IMG/VR virus record: IMGVR_UViG_3300025000_000004
DNA from: an uncultured virus (IMG/VR IMGVR_UViG_3300025000_000004)
Taxonomy: Duplodnaviria; Heunggongvirae; Uroviricota; Caudoviricetes; Crassvirales
Strand: one strand, 5' to 3'
DNA: 64,000 nt
Below the pieces are notes generated by a model that made no database searches, was not told the DNA's origin, and saw nothing but the letters and a program-made list of their open reading frames with translations. The position numbers and the translations under genes are program-made. Shown here one piece after another: positions 59,714 to 64,000 of this stretch (positions are counted from its first letter, which is position 1; each line of letters starts with the position of its first letter).

Positions 59714-60193
59714 TTATGATAACATTAGTTCAATGTAATTAAATTTATCTCCAAGTGCTTCAGTAATATTAATCTCATTACCTTCAAATCCTCTGAGTTG
59801 ATTATTATACAATAGTATATATTTTGGTACTTTTAATTCTTTTTTTACAAATTTCTTACCTTTCTCGGTAATCTTCCAAAATCCACTTGTTCTGGTTTTT
59901 GTATCATTAGAGTCTTTTTCAAGTTCGTCTATCATTCCCCAATACTTAAGTTTTGATAACTCACTTCCACCAATACCAAAATCTATACCGAGTAAATCAT
60001 TGTAAATGTGAAAATATTCAACATCTGGATTTGATTTACTTTTTCTGTATAAAAGAATTAGAGTTCGTGCCATTGAAGTGTTCAATTTTCGTTTATACAA
60101 TTTAACAAATTGATTACAACAAGGACAAACAACACCTTTTTTATAATTTTCTCTTAAAAATTGTTTTGCTTCTCTTAATGTTTCCATATACAC
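59714..60193 (-). CDS. Hypothetical protein, possible winged-helix DNA binding
   Basis: CPCC; KLKYWGMI..SGFWKITEKG. Confidence 0.55.
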   Translation of the reverse strand: MYMETLREAKQFLRENYKKGVVCPCCNQFVKLYKRKLNTSMARTLILLYRKSKSNPDVEYFHIYNDLLGIDFGIGGSELSKLKYWGMIDELEKDSNDTKTRTSGFWKITEKGKKFVKKELKVPKYILLYNNQLRGFEGNEINITEALGDKFNYIELMLS

Positions 60194-60201
60194 ATTTTTA
60201 G

Positions 60202-60286
60202 CGGAGAATACAGGATTTGAACCTGTACACCGTTTCCGATGGATAGATTAGCAATCTACTGCGATACCAGATTACGCCAATTCTCC
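60202..60286 (-). tRNA. trnS: tRNA-Ser(GCT)
   Basis: Cloverleaf with long variable arm; loop TTGCTAA; G73. Confidence 0.9.
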
Positions 60287-60295
60287 AAACTCTTG

Positions 60296-60625
60296 TTACT
60301 TGCCAACATTAAAAAGTTCAATTAACTCTCTTTTACACAGAAACTGGAATAATGATGCAGCTCTGTTAAATGCTTTACGTTCCTGACCTTTCGGTACTTG
60401 CGTAAGAATAGTAATAACTCCTTTACTATTAAGGTGTTCATTTAATCTTGCTGATGCAAGCCTTCTTCCTTCTGCTTTCACAAAGTTATCATTTTTTGAA
60501 CATATTGCAATACTCATAGTTATTTGATTTGATGTGCAATATCCTGCAATAGTAAACCTGTATGGAAAACATTTATATGTTTCACCGTGAAAGAACAGAA
60601 TCTCTTTGTTTTCTGATTGTTCCAT
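60296..60625 (-). CDS. Hypothetical phage protein
   Basis: 109 aa; CSKNDNFVKAEGRRLA motif. Confidence 0.55.
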   Translation of the reverse strand: MEQSENKEILFFHGETYKCFPYRFTIAGYCTSNQITMSIAICSKNDNFVKAEGRRLASARLNEHLNSKGVITILTQVPKGQERKAFNRAASLFQFLCKRELIELFNVGK

Positions 60626-60647
60626 ATTTATAGTTATTAATTATTTG

Positions 60648-60721
60648 TACACCCGACAGGGATCGAACCTGTAACTTACGGTTTAGAAAACCGTTACTCT
60701 ATCCGATTGAGTTACGGATGC
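60648..60721 (-). tRNA. trnR: tRNA-Arg(TCT)
   Basis: Cloverleaf; ACGGT TTTCTAA ACCGT. Confidence 0.9.
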
Positions 60722-60726
60722 ATAAG

Positions 60727-60811
60727 CGGAGACAGTAGGACTCGAACCCACAGTACCTTGCAGTACTCCAGTTTTCAAGACTGGTGCAATAGCCAATTCT
60801 GCCATATCTCC
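60727..60811 (-). tRNA. trnS: tRNA-Ser(TGA)
   Basis: Cloverleaf with long variable arm; loop CTTGAAA. Confidence 0.9.
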
Positions 60812-60815
60812 ATAG

Positions 60816-60886
60816 ACAGTCTGATAGGACTCGAACCTACGTGAGTGATTTTGCAGACCACTACCTTGCCTCTCGGACACAGACTG
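60816..60886 (-). tRNA. trnC: tRNA-Cys(GCA)
   Basis: Cloverleaf; loop CTGCAAA; U73. Confidence 0.88.
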
Positions 60887-60890
60887 ATAG

Positions 60891-60975
60891 TGGGAAACGA
60901 GGGAATCGAACCCCCACCCTTACGGGACTACGGATTTACAGTCCGCTGCAACTAACCAATAGTTACCTCTTTCCC
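60891..60975 (-). tRNA. trnY: tRNA-Tyr(GTA)
   Basis: Cloverleaf with long variable arm; loop CTGTAAA. Confidence 0.9.
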
Positions 60976-60980
60976 ATTAG

Positions 60981-61052
60981 AGCGTAATGTCGGTCTCGAA
61001 CCGCTTCCTCTGCTTGGAAGGCAGACGCTTTACCAATTAAGCTACATCACGC
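60981..61052 (-). tRNA. trnG: tRNA-Gly(TCC), atypical acceptor/T-stem geometry
   Basis: TCTGC CTTCCAA GCAGA; 8-bp acceptor and shortened T-stem. Confidence 0.8.
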
Positions 61053-61056
61053 ATAA

Positions 61057-61232
61057 AAGTACATTACCATCTCCAGTTTTTATTTATGGTTTGTTCCCCA
61101 TAACCTGTTTCTGTGCACAGAAGAGCAGGAACTTGAACAGGACACTACAGACAAATAGGGTAGCTATCTCCCGAAGCCGTAGTCTGTTTCAACACAACCT
61201 TTCGGAAACGTGTGCTCTGTAGTAATGTACTT
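61057..61232 (-). ncRNA. Unidentified multibranch structured RNA within tRNA operon 1
   Basis: 11-bp terminal stem AAGTACATTAC/GTAATGTACTT enclosing several hairpins. Confidence 0.55.
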
Positions 61233-61234
61233 AG

Positions 61235-61307
61235 TGGAATAAACTGGATTTGAACCAATTTCCCCGGATTTTCAGTCCGGTGCATAGACCATCTCTGCCA
61301 TTATTCC
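61235..61307 (-). tRNA. trnF: tRNA-Phe(GAA)
   Basis: CCGGA CTGAAAA TCCGG. Confidence 0.88.
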
Positions 61308-61313
61308 ATTGAA

Positions 61314-61440
61314 AAGAGAGAGGATTTTATAGCGGTAGACTAATAAACTTATTATCAAACAACTAATCTTCCCATCCCTTAGGTTTGAACCACAGGGGGG
61401 TCTTGTTAATTATTTATTTTTTCAGTTTTACCTCTCTCTT
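61314..61440 (-). ncRNA. Unidentified rod-like RNA within tRNA operon 1
   Basis: AAGAGAGAGG/CCTCTCTCTT terminal stem, AAATAATTAA/TTAGTTGTTT inner stem, apical GGTTCAAACC. Confidence 0.5.
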
Positions 61441-61442
61441 AG

Positions 61443-61515
61443 TACACATAGAAGGAGTCGAACCCTCAACCTATTGATCCGTAGTCAATCGTTCTGTCCA
61501 TTGAACTATATGTGT
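61443..61515 (-). tRNA. trnR: tRNA-Arg(ACG)
   Basis: ATTGA CTACGGA TCAAT. Confidence 0.88.
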
Positions 61516-61518
61516 AAG

Positions 61519-61589
61519 TGACTCCGATTGGAATCGAACCAATGTCTTCGCCTTAAAAGGGCGAGGCTAAACCACTTTGCTACGAAGTC
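61519..61589 (-). tRNA. trnK: tRNA-Lys(TTT)
   Basis: TCGCC CTTTTAA GGCGA. Confidence 0.88.
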
Positions 61590-61990
61590 AATAAATAGTA
61601 AATATCTTTATCCTTTATGTTTGTATCATCTTGTTTAACAACAGGATTTGATATAGGATAAGAATTTGATGTTGATGCATAAGGATTTGAAGTTGATGCA
61701 TACTGAGGCATATAAGGATTTCGAGTATTACCTCTAATAGAACTGTATCTATAATCAAGTTCACGACATAGATGATGTATTTCTTCTGCATTACCTCTCT
61801 CCATTATATCTCTTATTCTTACTTCAGTCTCAGCATCTACTTTAATTCTATACAAAAATTCAGATAAACCCATTCTTTCTACTAACCCTCCATTTGATTG
61901 TTGATATACAACTTCATAAGAGCGTACTTGAAGATTTGGAGAATATTGAGGTTGATAAACTCTTCTAATTTCTACCATGTTAAAGAACAT
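61580..61990 (-). CDS. Hypothetical protein
   Basis: 136 aa with YASTSN repeat; stop codon falls inside the 5' end of tRNA-Lys. Confidence 0.5.
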   Translation of the reverse strand: MFFNMVEIRRVYQPQYSPNLQVRSYEVVYQQSNGGLVERMGLSEFLYRIKVDAETEVRIRDIMERGNAEEIHHLCRELDYRYSSIRGNTRNPYMPQYASTSNPYASTSNSYPISNPVVKQDDTNIKDKDIYYLLTS

Positions 61991-62004
61991 TTAAGTTAAA
62001 CTTG

Positions 62005-62077
62005 AGCTGAAGGCAGGAGTTGAACCCGCAACCATCGGTTTACAAAACCGCTGCTCTACCATTAAAGCTACTCCAGC
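62005..62077 (-). tRNA. trnT: tRNA-Thr(TGT)
   Basis: Cloverleaf; loop TTTGTAA. Confidence 0.9.
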
Positions 62078-62080
62078 AAT

Positions 62081-62111
62081 AAAAAAGGTCCTGCTATTTC
62101 TAACAGGACCT
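62081..62111 (-). terminator. Attenuator terminator of tRNA operon 1
   Basis: AGGTCCTGTTA-GAAA-TAGCAGGACCT then TTTTT, 3 nt before tRNA-Thr. Confidence 0.8.
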
Positions 62112-62165
62112 CTCACCCAACTAAATCTACTAATCACTACTAACAAAAAGCCACTTTCCAGAGAT

Positions 62166-62243
62166 TTAGGTGTATAAGTCCTGTACGACAAGGGTTTTAC
62201 CCTTGCCAGTTTTTGAGGAATATGTACAACTAAATCGTTTCAT
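62166..62243 (-). CDS. Leader peptide 1, MKRFSCTYSSKTGKGKTLVVQDLYT (not in ORF track)
   Basis: ATG 62243 to TAA 62166, 4 nt after the -7 box; its 3' end pairs with the terminator 5' arm. Confidence 0.7.
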   Translation of the reverse strand: MKRFSCTYSSKTGKGKTLVVQDLYT

Positions 62244-62247
62244 GTCG

Positions 62248-62278
62248 CAAATATAAAACATAGGTTTGAGAAATCAAA
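62248..62278 (-). promoter_or_regulatory. Bacteroidota-type promoter of tRNA operon 1
   Basis: TTTG-N19-TATATTTG. Confidence 0.8.
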
Positions 62279-63098
62279 ATAAAATTGAACCTTTTTTATC
62301 CCATGCGGTATATAAATGTCCGTCTGTTTGATAAATTAATGATCTTAGATCACTTTCCTTGCTTGCTTCCTGAATACAATAATCCATAACTGTTACTCCG
62401 ATTCCAAAGAGATCGTGTACTGAAGCTCCGAAAGGAAGAGTACGTACAAGTGTTTTATCATTGCACATTTCCTTCATATCCCTGAGAATATGTTGGTAGA
62501 ATACTTCTGCCTGAGCCTCAATCCATTCTTGTGTCCTTTGAGATTCGTTTGTATTGGTAACATTATCAGGAATGGTAGGAATTCTGAAGGTAAGTTGTGA
62601 AACATTATGATTAAGACAATATCCTATTATGTTCCGGAAAGTTCTTTCTCTCCAATCATGTCCTAAAACGATTGTCAGTCTTACCATAAGATTCTCTTGA
62701 AAAGCTTCGATCATCACATTTCCCAGCTTAAGAAGATCATTAGGTTTTGCGATTGATAGTGCAAGAACATTTAATCCTTTCTTATATAAGGTTGACAAAG
62801 CTGTTTTGCTTGTTATCAGAAATTGTCCATTTGTTTGCAGTTCAATTGGAATATTAGAATTGTTAAAGTACTCAATGATACGTAAAGTATCTGTTGGATT
62901 ATCCAATGGTTCACCTTTTCCTGTAATCAGGATGCTGTTTATTCCACTGAACATTGCTATCGTTTTTACCTTATTAAGATTTCTCCAGTAGAGTTCTTTA
63001 TTATAAGGTATTTCTCCTGTCATTTTACTGATACAGAAAGGACAGTTGTGTACGCAGTTAGGAGTGTTGATACTGATTGTTAAATTATTCGCTTTCAT
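62274..63098 (-). CDS. Radical SAM protein (start revised to MKANNL)
   Basis: CVHNCPFC (CxxxCxxC), ITGKGEP and ELQTNG motifs. Confidence 0.85.
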   Translation of the reverse strand: MKANNLTISINTPNCVHNCPFCISKMTGEIPYNKELYWRNLNKVKTIAMFSGINSILITGKGEPLDNPTDTLRIIEYFNNSNIPIELQTNGQFLITSKTALSTLYKKGLNVLALSIAKPNDLLKLGNVMIEAFQENLMVRLTIVLGHDWRERTFRNIIGYCLNHNVSQLTFRIPTIPDNVTNTNESQRTQEWIEAQAEVFYQHILRDMKEMCNDKTLVRTLPFGASVHDLFGIGVTVMDYCIQEASKESDLRSLIYQTDGHLYTAWDKKGSILF

Positions 63099-63618
63099 AA
63101 TATCTGTATAATGAATGAATATCTGGTCTTTTTTCTTTTGAACCGTCGTATATAACGAAGGTTGCTTTATAATTTGCACCGAGAGATTTAACATGTTCGA
63201 TTATTGTATCGACTGTTCTTCCAGAATAAAAAGAATCATCTATAATAATAACATCCTGACCATTGAAATCTTCTTTAAATGGTTCAAGTGAATCAATAGG
63301 TTCACCATTTCTTAATCCTCCATTGACACCATATACATAATCGTTATCAGCACCATAACATTCGATCCAGTTCTTAAAGAATACACCGAACTTACCTGTT
63401 ACTACATAAATATGTAGTTTATAATCTATGAACTTGTCGATTTTATCATACAAAGATTGAATAATATCCGGGTCTCTTACTGCAATATCAAGGTTCTCAA
63501 AAAATTCTTTTCCCCCTGTATGTAACTGAAGCATTTGTCTGACAACTTCGTTTATTTTAGGGCGAGTGATTTTATTACCAGAATCTTTGGTCTGGTCTGA
63601 AATGGTAAGATTCTTCAT
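63085..63618 (-). CDS. Type I phosphoribosyltransferase-like protein
   Basis: PRPP-binding motif VIIIDDSFYSGRT. Confidence 0.75.
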   Translation of the reverse strand: MKNLTISDQTKDSGNKITRPKINEVVRQMLQLHTGGKEFFENLDIAVRDPDIIQSLYDKIDKFIDYKLHIYVVTGKFGVFFKNWIECYGADNDYVYGVNGGLRNGEPIDSLEPFKEDFNGQDVIIIDDSFYSGRTVDTIIEHVKSLGANYKATFVIYDGSKEKRPDIHSLYRYYESE

Positions 63619-63643
63619 ATATATTTAATTTGGATTAATGTTG

Positions 63644-63725
63644 TGCTCTTAGTCAGACTCGAACTGACACACCTCTCGATATAAGTTCCTAAGACTTACG
63701 TGGCTACCAATTACACCATAAGAGC
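63644..63725 (-). tRNA. trnL: tRNA-Leu(TAG)
   Basis: Cloverleaf with variable arm; TAAGT CTTAGGA ACTTA. Confidence 0.9.
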
Positions 63726-63733
63726 AGTAAAAA

Positions 63734-63961
63734 TTATTTTCCGAATACTTCAGGATGAATAACTCCGTCAATATATCCGAAAAGCATTGCACGTTGCTGT
63801 TGATTTCCAACGAACTTATGTTTTACTTCTTCGCGAAGCTTGTTCCACTCAACAACGTTTGTTGCGGTTTTTAGCTTCTCTGTAAGCTCGATGTTCTTGT
63901 TAATAACTGCTTTCTGTTCTGCATCATTGAAAAACGATCTGTTGTTGTTTACTCTTTCCAT
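63734..63961 (-). CDS. Hypothetical protein
   Basis: 75 aa ORF between tRNA genes. Confidence 0.5.
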   Translation of the reverse strand: MERVNNNRSFFNDAEQKAVINKNIELTEKLKTATNVVEWNKLREEVKHKFVGNQQQRAMLFGYIDGVIHPEVFGK

Positions 63962-64000
63962 CTATATGTTTTTTAATTAATAAATCTGTGCTCTGAGAGA

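Noticed and set aside
60683..62191. Track ORFs 60683..60880(-) and 61991..62191(-)
   Set aside because: They are translations of tRNA genes and the attenuator; the real leader ORF is in another frame (62166..62243)
63099..63194. Track N-terminal extension of the radical SAM ORF
   Set aside because: It overlaps the PRTase gene; the ATG at 63098, just before the CxxxCxxC region, is more plausible

Overview
This window is a 64-kb piece of a crAss-like (Crassvirales-type) phage of Bacteroidota that uses the standard genetic code. The + strand (1-51630) is the virion module. It holds the portal C-terminus, a scaffold-like protein, the major capsid protein, ring/hub proteins, an M15 endolysin, tail-fibre and beta-helix receptor-binding proteins, a tyrosine recombinase, a C1A peptidase, an IHF-like protein, the muzzle, ejection proteins, a GIY-YIG endonuclease and a 4497-aa virion RNA polymerase fused to a zincin motif and an SF1B helicase. 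The - strand (51665-64000) carries a Ro60/TROVE gene, an HNH gene, 20 tRNAs, small accessory genes, a metallophosphoesterase, a radical SAM protein and a PRTase. Two unusual RNA-level systems stand out. (1) Each of two tRNA operons begins with a Bacteroidota-type promoter, a 24-25 codon leader ORF and a mutually exclusive antiterminator/terminator. The N-terminal codons of each leader spell the amino-acid set of the tRNAs in its own operon, suggesting a ribosome-coupled attenuator that switches on matched phage tRNAs when host tRNAs fail. (2) Downstream of the Ro60 gene, four Y-like RNAs share one covarying helix motif. It is grafted onto tRNA scaffolds at three different points (acceptor end, variable arm of a circularly permuted tRNA, D-arm), and one copy has no tRNA. 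Three further structured non-tRNA RNAs lie inside the tRNA arrays. All protein calls rest on visible motifs and synteny; no database searches were run.
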